From Cyanophora paradoxa CCMP329 (Eukaryota > Plantae > Glaucophyta), in the NCBI GenBank assembly GCA_004431415.1, contig QPMI01000184.1, positions 140,494-204,493 on the forward strand: a stretch of 64,000 nucleotides of DNA, in the 5' to 3' direction. Each line of letters opens with the position of its first letter. Position 1 is the stretch's first letter. A program made the position numbers and the translations under genes. Below, piece by piece: positions 1 to 12,300 of this stretch. The notes below the pieces were generated by a model that was not told the origin of the DNA, did not search any database, and was given only the letters and a program-made list of their open reading frames with translations.

Positions 1-1098
1 GCCCCGGGGCGTCAGCTGCAGGTCTGGGCGGCCCTGCGGGGCGAGCGCGCGCGCCTCCTCTGGTTCGGGCTTCTTCTCCTCCTCCTTGGGAGGCGGCTTG
101 GGCCGGGAGGAGGCCTGCGGGGCCAGCATCCAGCTGCTCCGCACGCGTGAGCCGCGCCGAGCGGGGCGCGAGCTCCGGCGGCTCGCCTGTCGCGCTGGAT
201 GGAAGGCTCGACCCTGGAGGCCCCCTGAGGGACGTCCGCCGAGATGCGCGGCGGCGAGGGCGCCGGCGGCGGCATGCGCCGCGCCGCCTCGGCGGCCGCC
301 TTGGCCTTGTCCCCGTCGGAGGCCCCGCCCTTGCCGTCCTTCTCCTTGTCCTCGCTCTCCGAGCCCGAGCCCGAGTCGGACGAGTCGGAGGACGAATCCG
401 AGCCCTTCTTGTGCTTCTTGTGCTTCTCCTTCTTCTGAGGGGTGCGTCAGCGGTCAGCGCCGGGGGGAGGGCTGGCCCAGCCCAGCGGCGCTCGCCTTGT
501 CCTTTTCCTTATCCTTCTTCTTGTGCTTCTTCTCCTTGCGCTTCTTTTCCTTGCGCTTCTTCTTCTCGCGCTTCTCCTCCTTGCGCCGGCGCTTAGCCTC
601 CCGCTCCGGGTCGACCTTCTCCGGGGACGCTGGCCTGGGCTCCGCCGGCTGTCGGCGGCGGTCCGGCGCATCAGCTCCCCGCCCGCATCGCTCCAATGGG
701 CGACCGGCGTGCTATGCACGAGGAGCACGGCCGCGTACGCGCTCGCTGACGGACCTTCGGCTCGCTCGGCGGCTCGGGGGCCGGCGCTGGGGCAGAGAAC
801 GTCGGCAGGGCGGCGAGGCGCCGGGCCTGCTCCTCCTGCGCGGCCTGATCGGCCTGCAGGCGCTTCTCGAGGTTTGGCGCGACCCATGCGGCCTGCGAAT
901 TGCTCCCCGTCAGCTCGCTCCGATCGGCCCGCGTCCCATGCGTCAGAAGCGTACCTCGCCCGAATCGATGCGTCGCTTGCGCTCCTTGCGCTCCTCTTGC
1001 TCCTCCTCAACTTGCTGCTTGCGTCGCTCCTCCTTTAGCTTCTCCTTGGCCTCCCGATCGGCCTTGATCGACGCCTCCGAGATGAATCGGACGGCCAT
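1..1098 (-). CDS. CWF19L2: CWF19-like protein 2 (spliceosome-associated), 5' part; gene runs off the window start
   Basis: Spliced translation from ATG 1098 gives MAVRFISEASIKADREAKEKLKEERRKQQ...KRRIDSGE|AAWVAPNLEKRLQ, then Lys-rich KKEKKRKEKKHKKKDKEK and SDSSDSSDS tracts. This matches the CWF19L2 N-terminus as I recall it (RFES..SI, charged helix, GE..W..P...R, Lys tract, Ser/Asp tract). The C-terminal CwfJ domains lie outside the window. Confidence 0.55.
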
Positions 1099-1482
1099 CG
1101 GTCGCGGCTGCTGATTGCTGGTCGCTAGCTGGCCGGTCGCTCTTGCTTTATGCTGTACCCAAATCGCGGCGGCCGAAACTGCTCGTCTACAGCCTTCTCA
1201 GGCGTCCCGAAAGTAGCTACAGAGCGCCTGCAGAGCGGGATGCAGAGCGCCTTCTGCGCAGCCCAGCTGCCACTGATCGGTGACCCGATCGGCGCGGCCC
1301 AGCTGTCGCTGAACCATGGCCGCTGCGCCGCGCCGACGGCAATCGTCGACGTCCGGAACGCGCAGCGTCAGCCCCGGAGCCGCGCCGCGCCCTCGGCCTG
1401 GCTGGCCGGTGACGCCCTCGAGTCACGGAGGAGGCGCTTTGCGGCGCGGCCGGTGCCTCGCTTTGACACGCACCGGCCTTGC

Positions 1483-3464
1483 ATGCCTTGGCTTCCGCGT
1501 GCCGAGTCCGGAAGCGCGGACAGGAGTCCGAAGAAGTCCAGCAGCCTGAAGGTTCGCCGCGCTGGCCCGCGGGCGAGCGCGCGCGAGAGCTGACGCGGAC
1601 TGGTAGCTGCGGGACTGGTTCGAGGTGGTCAAGCGCAAAGAGCAGGCGCGCCGGATCGCCGCCCTATCGTTCTGGTTTTCGCCGGACCGCCGAATCATAG
1701 GCCAGGCCGCTGATCGCAGGCCGCGCGGCAGGAGCTGAAAGACGTGGCGGAGGTCTTTCTGATCGACGAGGGCGAGGGGATGCGGCTGCAGCTGGAGGAG
1801 GAGATGTTCAGGCTGCCCCCGGGCGAGCTGGCGGCGGCCATCACGGCGATGAGTCAGGGCGTGCTCGGCGTGATGGCATACTTCCAGATCTGCGACATGC
1901 AGCTCCAGGAGTACCAGGAGGTCCCCGCCCACGCGCAGCCCGCGCGCCGCCTCCCCTCGAGCCGCGCGCACCGGCGCCGGCCCACGCGCGGGGGGCGGCA
2001 GGAGCTGAAGTGGGCGGCGGAGGCGGAGGACAGGGGCGACGGGGACGCGGCGGTGGTGGCGGTGCGGGAGAAGCTGGCGGCGATGCGGGCGCGGGCGGCG
2101 CAGCTGTACGCGCGGGTCGAGACGCAGCAGGAGCGGCTCTCGGGGCAGCTGCTGGAGCGGCTGGGGTCGATGCCGGAGATCGCGGGCGGGGAGGGCGGCG
2201 CCGGGGGCCGCAAGGACGTGATGGACGCGGCGAAGGAGTTCGTGCGGCGCCCGCCCCCGGACCCCCGCGACGCGCCCGTCCCCTCCTTCTTCTTCGCCGT
2301 GCCCGCCCCCGCACCCCCGGCCCCGCGCCCCCTCCGCCCCCGCCGACGCGCGCGCAGAGCCGCGAGATGCTCGAGGAGCAGGCGGCCGCGGGGGAGGGCG
2401 CGGAGGCGGAGGAGGAGGCGGGGGAGGAGGCGGGGGAGGAGGAGAGGCCGGCGTCGCCGGCGCGGCCGCCCTCGCCCGCGCGGCCGGCCTCGCCCTCGCC
2501 CCAGCGCCTCGGCCCCCTCCCGGGCGGCCAGAAGCCCCTCCTCGCCCAGGAGACCTTCCTCTTCTGGTCCAAGATGTCCTCGGTAACCCTTCCCCCCCCC
2601 TCCGCCCCGCCGCGTCGTACCCCGGAACGAGCTGGCGCGCGGCAGAACGACATCGGGGACCTGAACGCGTTCATCCAGGCGTCCCTGCAGCGGCGCGAGG
2701 TCGCCGCCGCCTTCGTGCCCGTCGCCTCCGCCGCCCTCTTTGTCGCCCTCAAGGTGCGAGGCCCGGGGTCGGGCCCCCGCGGGGCCTCTTGCAGGGAAGA
2801 GAGAGGCCGGTGCGCGGCAGGCGCGGACGTTCGCGTTCGGGGGCGAGGAGGCGATCGACGCGGCGATCCTGGCGGGGGAGACGTGGACCTCCGGCTGGCT
2901 CCCCTGGCTCCTCTGGTGCCTCTCCGGCCTATCTCTCCACTTGCGATCCGGAAGATCATTCATAGATTCACACTTGGAACAGGTCCTTCGGGATCTGGGT
3001 GGCGTCGTACCCCCTGACGCTCGTGTACGGGGCGCTGAGCGTACCCTGGAGGCCCGAGGACGGGCGCCCCTCCCTCCTCGGCATCCGCGAGATCCTCGTC
3101 AACAGGCGGTCCGCGTACCCCGCCTGCGGATGCATGTACCCCTCCCACGCCCCCGCAGGCGGCTGCTGGAGGAGGGCCCGGACGCGTTCCCGATCAAGGT
3201 ACCCTCCCCTTTTCCCTGTTCCAGGCTCGCGTCCGTCTTCTCACGGTACCCCCCGCGCAGACGGGCCCGGGGTTCATCATTTACGACATCGTCAAGTTCC
3301 TCAGCGGCGGGGGAGAGAAGGGCGAGGACGGAGACGGGGGCGGCCCGCCCTCCCCGGGGCCTCGCTCCCCCGGGCCGCGCTCGCGCACCCCGGGGCCCAG
3401 CGGCAGCCGGCGCCCCGAGGCGCCTGGGGACGAGGCCGGCGGCGGCGGAGGCGGCAAGGCGTGA
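1483..3464 (+). CDS. Hypothetical multi-exon protein with coiled coil and a hydrophobic C-terminal segment
   Basis: Coherent exons with GT/GC-AG borders: MPWLPRAES..., VAEVFLIDEGEGMRLQLEEEMFRL...QLQEYQE, ELKWAAEAE...LLERLGS, NDIGDLNAFIQASL, WTSGWLPWLLW/SFGIWVASYPLTLVYGAL, TGPGFIIYDIVKFL...GGKA*. Stop TGA is at 3462-3464. No family recognised. Confidence 0.6.
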
Positions 3465-3781
3465 CGGACTGCACCCCCGCCCCCCCTCGATTCGCATTAG
3501 TCGCATTTCAATCACAGTCAGTGAGCAGATCTAAAGCAATCAACAGGGTATGCGGGTTCGGCTCCGAGAGAACGAGGCCGGAGCCCCTGCTGATCTGCGA
3601 AAAAGATCGACTCGAATTAAATATAAGAGAGAGACTCGAATATCGAGGGGGTACGTATAAACAGCAAGAGAAGCGGAATTAAGGTGGCGCGAAGAAAGAC
3701 TCGACAGCGCACGTGACGGCACCGATCAACTGCAGAATCCGGCTCCGGCCGCGAAGGGCCGCCGGGCCTCGAGATTCGAGG

Positions 3782-5268
3782 ATGGCCGTGGCGCGTCCGA
3801 CAGGGATCTTTGTCCAGGACATCCCCGAGGATCTTCGCTGCCCAGTTTGCCTGGGGATCCCGGCCTCCACCGTCCAGGTGCGCTCGATACGTATACGTGC
3901 CTTCGCGGAGCGCGGTTATTCGCGGGCGACAGCAGACTTTCGCATGCGCAGGTTTCTTGCAATGGACGGCACAACATGTGCCGGAGCTGCCATGATCGGC
4001 TTTTCCAGCGACATGGCCGCAACACGACGTGTCCCCTGTGCGCACGCCGGTGGCCAGGTCTCGTTTGAATTCCCGGTCTGAATTCGAGAGACGACGTCCG
4101 CAGCTGCCGCCAGCCGATTGACATGGCTCTTTCGCGCGAAAACGAGAACGCCGAACGCGAAATTGAAGCTCAGACAGCGTTGTGCGCCGCGGAAGTAATG
4201 CGGAAGCTTTTTTTCTCGTGGCTCCTGCTGACTAGCGTCGCAGCTGCCAGCACCGCGATCGTGGCTGCAATTGGCAGGGGCCTCTTGGCGCTCAGCAGCA
4301 GCACCTGCGGACCTGCCCCGCCATTCACGAGACGCGTACCTGTCAAGGCTGCCGCGCAACTTTCCTGCTCACTGAGTTCGACGTGAGCGCAATTTTCGCG
4401 CCATCTAAATTTTCGCGATAAAGAGCGCGCGCACAGGCCCACAAGCGGGAATGCGACCGTGTCCCTCGCCTTTGCGAAAATTCCTGCGGGGCTATGATCG
4501 CTAACGCCGACAAGGCTGGCCACGTCGGTAAGCAGCTGCAGGCTAAACGCGAGCCGGAGCGATGATGTGCACGCGCAAAATTCCAATTCTTTCGCAGGCG
4601 CCTGCCTCGCGCGGCTGAGGGAGTTGTACCTCGCGTCTGCGGCGGAGGCGGAGGCGGCGTCAGAGCAACTTCAGGACATCCTGTCGGGGCTGGACGAGGG
4701 CGAGCGCCTCAGGAGCGCGCGCGTCGAGGAGCTGGGCGCCCTCGCGGAGGCAGCGGAGGCGCGGGCCCGGCAGCTCGACGAGCGTGTCGCGGAGCTGACC
4801 GGCCGCCTGGAAGCATCGGAGCGCATCGCAGCAGAAGCGGTCCGCGACAAGTCGGAGGAAGCCCGGCGCGCAGCGGACCTGCAGGCGCGGCTCTCGGCGT
4901 CGGAGCGGGGGGCAGCGGACCAGCAAAATCTGAACGCGGAGCTCCGGAATCTGACAGCGGAGCTGCAGACGCGGCTCGCAGCGTCGGACCAGAAAGCGAC
5001 CGACCTGCAAGCGCGGCTTGCGGCGTCGGAGCGGGGCGCCACGGACCTGCAGGCCCAGCTCGCTGCCTCGGAGCTGCGGGCGTCGGAGCTGCAGACGTGG
5101 GTCGCGGCCTCGGAACAGCGGGCGGAGGATCTGCGCGCTCGCAATTCCGAGCTCCAGGGGCAGTTGCAGGCGGGGCAGCTGCAGGGCACGCGCGTTCAGG
5201 AGCTTGAAGGGCTGCTCGCCAAGGCGAAGGAGGAGCTTGCGCGCAAGGTGCGCTCCGCTCGAATTTAA
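3782..5268 (+). CDS. RING finger plus TRAF/Sina-type zinc finger plus coiled-coil protein (probable E3 ubiquitin ligase)
   Basis: RING: EDLRCPVCLG...|VSCNGRHNMCRSCHDRL...TTCPLC|RQPI. TRAF-like Zn finger: C...GCNWQGPLGAQQQHLRTCP. A long heptad-repeat exon follows (4597-5268, LQARLAASE repeats). Confidence 0.7.
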
Positions 5269-6300
5269 TTTGTTGCGTTGCCAATTGCATGATCATGAAC
5301 CGTGTGAATTCGAATGCAGCGCGGGCAGGCGGGGTGCGACTCAAAGACCTTCCTCAAGCTCCTCGCGGTCGCGTTGATGGGGGCGATCACCGCGGTCGTC
5401 CTCGGCTCCATTCAGGGGCCTCAGCGCCCTCGCGATCAAGCCCCAAGCGCGAGCCACAAGTGATCGGGAGGCGAGAGCCGCTGAGCCGGTACCGGTCCCG
5501 GGTGCGAAATTTTGACAAATTTCAACGCCGGCGCCGGCGGCATTTGACAGCACACATGTACACAAACACCTGCTCGTCTTAGAATCATGATCAGCCGCCG
5601 ATCATGAGCCTTCGAAAGGCCCCAATCTCTGATCCGATGAGCATCGGATGTTGTCGAGTTGTGCCACGCCGTGACGGTGTCAGTGCACGTGGTCAGATGC
5701 ACTGCAGACACCGAAGAACCTTTGTGTGTTTTGCCTCCGACTCGGCGAGCTGAGTCGAGGCTGGCCTGCTCTGGCCTTGGCAATTGCAATTGTGCCACCG
5801 TGCCACGGTGGACACGTAGAGAGATAGAAAAAAAAATTTGCTCGGATAGGTCCGGCCAGGCAGGGAGGGGGTTGCCCCCCTCCCCACGCGCCGCTGTTTA
5901 CGTAGAGAGATAGAGCAGACTGTGACAACCAATTGCAAATGACCGGACCGTGCGAGCTCGCGACTGAGTCCTGATCAAGAGCTTCATCATGCAGTCGAGT
6001 CAAGAAGAAAAGGCGATGGCGAAACGTTGGCTCTGACCAGCTGCAGGAAACCAAACTCATGATCAGAAACTGCATTCGTACACATTGGTCACTGGACAAT
6101 TAGAAGAGCCCCGCTCAGGGCTCAGGGAAGTTGTAGCTACGTAATGAAAGTGGACTCGCACACGGATGCTTACGTTTACATGCACGCTGTAAATTTAGAT
6201 GTCGCCACGTTGTACAGGGCGCTGACTGCGAAGCTTGAAAGGGAGGTGCTCTAGCTCTAGATCTACAGGGGACTCGCGAGCTCCGAGGGGGTGCACGTGG

Positions 6301-9300
6301 TCACCGGTGGCGGGAGTCGAAGGAGACGATGGTCATGCCAGCGGGGACGCCGCGGGGGGCCTGGGGCGGCAGCACGCCCCCGGCGAGGGCGAGGCCCGGC
6401 GGGGCGGCGAGCGCCGGCAGCGGGCTGAACTGCGGGCTCCCCTCCGGCGTCCCCATGCTCGAGCCGCTGCGAGGCGACGGGGGTGAGGGGCTCGGACACG
6501 AAGGGGGCCCCAGTGGGGGGGTGGGCGCACGCGCGGCTCTCGTGCTCGAGGAGGCGGGCGCGCAGCTGCGCCACCTTGGCCTCGAGCTGCGCCCCGGGGG
6601 GTCGGGAGGCGCGGGGCGGGCGGGGGCGCTCTGGGGCGGGGGCGCGGGGGCACCTTGAGGGAGCGGTCGGCGTCGATGCGCTCGGGGATGCTCGCCGCGC
6701 TGAGCGCCTGCGGGGCCACGGGTCAGGCGGGGCCGCGCGCAAGAGCGGGGCCTCGCGGGGCGCACGAGGGTCTCGCGGGCCTCGAGCTGGCGGGCGCGGC
6801 GGGCGAAGGCGAGGCCCTCGGCGTGCACCGCCGCCAGCCGCCCCTCCAGCTCCCCCCGCTGCCCTGCCCCCGCCTCCCCTCGGGCCCGGCGCGGGGGGGG
6901 GGGGGGGGGGGGAGGCGGGCACCTCCATGGCCTCGGCCGCCTCCTGCAGCTTCCGCCCCGCCTCCGCCTCGAGGGCCCGCATCTGGCCCACCGCGTTCTG
7001 CCGCCCCGCCCCGCCCCGTCAGGCCGGCGGGGGATGGGAGGGCGGGGCGGGGCGGGGCGGGGGCGCGCCTCGTAGGCCTCCTCGGCCTCGGAGAGGCGCT
7101 CGGCGAGGGCGGCGGCGCCGCGCTCCGCCTCGTCCCGGCCCCGCCGCACCTCCTCCGCGAGCGCCGAGACCTGCCGGCCGTCAGCGGCGGGGGCGGGGGC
7201 GGGGGCGGGCCGGGGGCGCGCGATGGCGCGGAGCTCGACGTTCTCCTCCTCGGGCTCAGCGCCACTCGCCCCAGCGCCCCCGCCTGCGGCGACGCCGGCG
7301 AGAGCAGCCCGCTGGCGGCGCGGGTGAGCGGAGGGGGCGGCCGCGCGGGCAAGGGCGGCGGCGGGCGTACAGGGAGATGCCGCGGGCCTTGGCGGGCGGG
7401 GGCGTCGCTCCGCCCCCGCTGACCGCCGCCAGGAGCGCCGCCGCCGCCGCCCCCGGGGCCCGCTTCGAGTCGAGCATGCCCGCAGCTGCCGACCCGTCAG
7501 GTGCAGCGTGCCGCGAGGGCGGGGGTGCAGGGGGCACCTCGGTGGTGCGCTTCTTGAGCTCCTCGGCGTCCCGCTCGGCCCTGCCGGCCCCGCTCAAGGG
7601 CGCCTCGGCGGCACGGCGCCGGGCAGCAGCGGAGGAGCAGCGGGCGCACCGCTCGCGGAGCTTGGCCGCCTCGTCGGCGCGGCGGCCTCGTCGCGGCACT
7701 GCCGCTCGGCCTCCGCCCGCGCCGCCGCCTCCCGCTCCGCCGCCGCCCGCGCCCCCGCCGCCTCCGCCCGCGCCGCGTCCGTTGCCCGGGCGCGCGCGAG
7801 CAGCGGCCCCTCGGCCGCCTCCGCGGCGACGGCCGCGAGGAGCGCCGCGGCGTCGGCCTCGAGGGCCGTCAGCGCCGCCACCGTCTCTCGGTGCGCCTGC
7901 GAGCGGATGAGAGGGGCGGAGCGGGGGGCGGGCAGCGGGGGCGCGGGCGGCGCGCCCTCTCGAGGTCGCCGGAGGGCGGGGCCGGGGCGGCGGCAGCAGC
8001 GGCGGCCTTGGAGGGGGCCCCGTGACGGCGGCGGCGGCGCGGCCGGCGGCGGCGGCGGCCTTCCAGGCGTGGGAGTAGACGGCGGCGCGGGCGGCGTCGG
8101 CGGCCTGGTGCGCCACGACCGCCGCGAGCTCCTTCTTCGACGCCGTCTCCCGCGCCCGCCCCGCCTGCTCCGCCCGCGCCTCCGCCTCCTTGGCCCGCCC
8201 CGCCGCCTCCGCCGCCGCCGCCCGCAGCCGCTCCGCCTCGCCGGCGCGCGTCTCCGCCTCGCGCGCCGCCTCGTCCCGCTCCGCCGCCGCCGCCCGCGCC
8301 GCCGCCTTGCTCCCGTCCGCCTCCAGCTGGCCCGGAGGCTTGAGGGGAGCAGGGAGACGAGCGGGGGGAGGCGGGGGGGACCTTGGCGGCGGCGAGGGCC
8401 GTCTCGAGCTCGGCGACGAGGGCCCACGCGCTGTCCGCCTCCCGCTGCTTCGCCGCCCCCGCCGCCTCCGCCTCCCGCCTCCGCCCCGCCCCCGCCTCCG
8501 CCTCCGCCAGGCCCTCCCGCGCGCGCAGCAGCTCCTCCCGCGCCTGCACCCCCGCAGCGTCAGACGCCGGCACCCCGCGCCCCTCCTTTTCGAGCCGCGC
8601 ACCCCGGCGAGGGAGCGCTCGAGGGCGGCGCTCGCCGCCTCGGCCTCGCGGGTGCGCTTCGCGGCGGCCTCCGCCTCCGCCAGCCGCTCCTTCGCCACCC
8701 GCAGCTCCTCCTTCGCCTGCGCCGCCGCTCAGCGCGAAGGGGAGAAGCGAGCGGGGGCGGGGGCGGGCGGGGGCGGGCGGGGGGCGGGCGGGGACGGACC
8801 CCGGCGAGGGACTTCTCGAGGGCGGACATGAGGGGCCAGGCGCGGTCGAGCTCCTCCTGGCGGGCGGCCGCGAGGGCCTCCGCTTCGCGCAGCCGCCGCC
8901 CGCCTCCTCCCCCGCCGCCTCCAGGCCCCGCGCCCGCTCCCCGAGCCCCTCGCCTCCTCCTCCGCCCGCCCCGCCGCCGCCGCCGCCTGCGCCCCCGCTC
9001 GGCGCCGCGCCGCCGGGGCGGGCGGGGCGGGAGGGGCCGCACCTTGGCCTCGGCCTCGCGGGCCTCGCGGGCGGCCTGCTCCGCGGCGACCGCCGCGCGC
9101 TCCGCCTCCTCGCGCCGCCGGCGCGCCTCCGCCGCCGCCGCCTCCGCCTCGCCGACGCGTGCCCGCAGCTGCTCGGCCTCCCGCTCCGCGCGGGCCGCCC
9201 GCTGCCCCGCCTCGCCGCCGGCGCGCGCCGCCTCCGCCTTGGCGGCCGCGCGGGCGGCCTCGGCGGCGGCCAGCGCCTCGCGCGCCGCCCGCTCCGAGGC

Positions 9301-12300
9301 CTCGAGCCGCTCCTTCAGCGCCGCCGCCTCGCGCCGCGCTCCGTCCGCCGTCGCTTCGGCCGACTGCCGCCCCGTCAGCGGCGGCGGCGGCGGCGTGCGG
9401 AGGGCGGGGCGGGGCGGGGCACCGTGAGCTGGGCGCGGGCGGCGTCGGCCTCGCGCTCGGCGGCCTCGGCGCGACGGCGGGCGGCGGCGAGCTCCTCCTT
9501 CTCGCCGCGCTGCTGGGACGCCTCGAGCTCCGCCAGGCGGCCCCGCAGGCGCGTCAGCTCGCCGGCGGCCGCCGTCGACGCCTCGAGCTCGCTCCGCAGC
9601 CGGGCCCGCACCTCCTCCAGCGCCTCCTCCGCCGCCTGCGCCCGCTTCCCCGCCCGCGCCTCCGCCTGCTCCAGCGCCCGCGCCCGCTCCTCCGCCTGCT
9701 TGGCGCGCGCCTCGAGCTCGGCGGCGCGCTCGGCGGCGCGCTCGGCGGCGCGCACGGCGGCGCGCTCCGCCTCGTCGAGCGCCTCGGCAACGGCCCGCTC
9801 GGCCTCGGCGAGCCGCGGGCGGAGGCCGGCCGCCTCCTCCTCGGCGGCGGCGGCGCGCACGCGCAGCTCCCCGCAGGCCCGCTCGAACTCGCCGCTGCGC
9901 GCCTGCAGGGCGGCCGCCCGCGCCTCTTGCTCTCCGAGGCGCCCCGCAGCGCCGCCAGCTCCGACGCAGACGAGTCCGCCGACCGCGCCGAGTCGCGCGC
10001 CCTCGCCTCGAGCTCCGACCGCAGCCGGCCCGCCTCCTGCTCTGCGGCGCGCAGCTTGCCCGCCGCATCCTCCGCGGCACGCGCGGCGGCCTCTTCTGAC
10101 GCCTTGAGCTTGCCGCGCGTCTCCTCGAGCGCCCGCGCCGACGCCTCGAGCTCCGACCGCAGCCGGCCGGCCTCCTGCTCCGCGGCGCGCAGCTTGCCCG
10201 CCGCATCCTCCGCGGCGCGCGCGGCGGCCTCCTCTGAAGCCTTGAGCTTGCTGCGCGTCTCCTCGAGCGCCCGCGCCGACGCCTCGAGCTCCGACCGCAG
10301 CCGGCCGGCCTCCTGCTCCGCGGCGCGCAGCTTGCCCGCCGCATCCTCCGCGGCACGCGCGGCGGCCTCCTCTGAAGCCTTGAGCTTGCCGCGCGTCTCC
10401 TCGAGCGCCCGCGCCGACGCCTCGAGCTCCGACCGCAGCCGGCCCGCCTCCTGCTCCGCGGCGCGCAGCTTGCCCGCCGCATCCTCCGCGGCGCGCGCGG
10501 CGGCCTCCTCTGAAGCCTTGAGCTTGCTGCGCGTCTCCTCGAGCGCCCGCGCCGACGCCTCGAGCTCCGACCGCAGCCGGCCCGCCTCCTGCTCCGCGGC
10601 GCGCAGCTTGCCCGCCGCATCCTCCGCGGCGCGCGCGGCGGCCTCCTCTGAAGCCTTGAGCTTGCTGCGCGTCTCCTCGAGCGCCCGCGCCGACGCCTCG
10701 AGCTCCGACCGCAGCCGGCCCGCCTCCTGCTCCGCGGCGCGCAGCTTGCCCGCCTCCTGCTCCGCGGCACGCGCGGCGGCCTCCTCTGAAGCCTTGAGCT
10801 TGCCGCGCGTCTCCTCGAGCGCCCGCGCCGACGCCTCGAGCTCCGACCGCAGCCGGCCCGCCTCCTGCTCCGCGGCGCGCAGCTTGCCCGCCGCATCCTC
10901 CGCGGCGCGCGCGGCGGCCTCCTCTGAAGCCTTGAGCTTGCTGCGCGTCTCCTCGAGCGCCCGCGCCGACGCCTCGAGCTCCGACCGCAGCCGGCCCGCC
11001 TCCTGCTCCGCGGCGCGCAGCTTGCCCGCCGCATCCTCCGCGGCGCGCGCGGCGGCCTCCTCTGAAGCCTTGAGCTTGCTGCGCGTCTCCTCGAGCGCCC
11101 GCGCCGACGCCTCGAGCTCCGACCGCAGCCGGCCGGCCTCCTGCTCCGCGGCGCGCAGCTTGCCCGCCGCATCCTCCGCGGCGCGCGCGGCGGCCTCCTC
11201 TGAAGCCTTGAGCTTGCCGCGCGTCTCCTCGAGCGCCCGCGCCGACGCATCGAGCTCCGACCGCAGCCGGCCCGCCTCCTGCTCCGCGGCGCGCAGCTTG
11301 CCCGCCGCATCCTCCGCGGCGCGCGCGGCGGCCTCCTCTGAAGCCTTGAGCTTGCCGCGCGTCTCCTCGAGCGCCCGCGCCGACGCCTCGAGCTCCGACC
11401 GCAGCCGGCCCGCCTCCTGCTCCGCGGCACGCGCGGCGGCCTCCTCTGAAGCCTTGAGCTTGCCGCGCGTCTCCTCGAGCGCCCGCGCCGACGCCTCGAG
11501 CTCCGACCGCAGCCGGCCCGCCTCCTGCTCCGCGGCGCGCAGCTTGCCCGCCGCCTCCTCCGCGGCGCGCGCGGCGGCCTCTTCGGCGGCGCGGAGCTTG
11601 GCGCGGGCGTCCTCCTCGGCGGCGCGGAGGGCGGCGCGCAGCTCGTCGGTGGCCTTGCCGGCGTCCAACAGCTGCGCCCGCAGGCGCGCCGCCTCGGCCT
11701 CGGCGCCCCCCGCCGCCGCCTCCTGCGCCTGCAGGCGGCCCCGAGCTCCTCGCGCAGCGCCGCCGCCGCCCGCTCCGCCTCGGCGAGGCGGCCGCGCAGC
11801 TCGGTGCGCTCGCGCTCCTCCTCGGCGGCGGCGCGCCTGCGGGCCTCGTCGGCGGCGGCGAGGCGCTGCCGGGCCTCCTCCGCCCCGCGCTGCGCCGCCT
11901 CCAGCTCGCCCCGCAGCCGCGCCGCCTCCCCCGCCGCCCGCTCGCCCCCTCGGCGGCCCCCGCGCGAGCTCCTCCGCCCGCCGCGCCTCCTCCGCGCGGG
12001 CGGCGCGGGCCTCCTCGGCGGCGCGCTCGAGGGCCTCGATGGCGGCGCGGGCGAGGTCGAGCTTGGGGCGGAGCTCGGCCGCCTCCCGCCGCGCCTCCGC
12101 CTCGCGCGCCTCAAGCGCGGCGCGGGCGGCGAGCACCTCGTCCAGCGTCGCCCCCAGCTCCGCCATCTGCTTCTCCGCGAAGGAGAGGGAGCCGGAGAGG
12201 GCCTTGGCGCGCTCCCGCGCAGCGGCGAGCTCCTTCTGGGCGGCCCGCAGCTCGCCCTTGGCCGCCTCCCGCTCCGCCTGCGCCCCCGCCAGGATCTCCT

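Noticed and set aside
10003-11583. Possible CRISPR-like array
   Set aside because: There are no unique spacers; the units are contiguous in-frame coding repeats in a eukaryotic gene.
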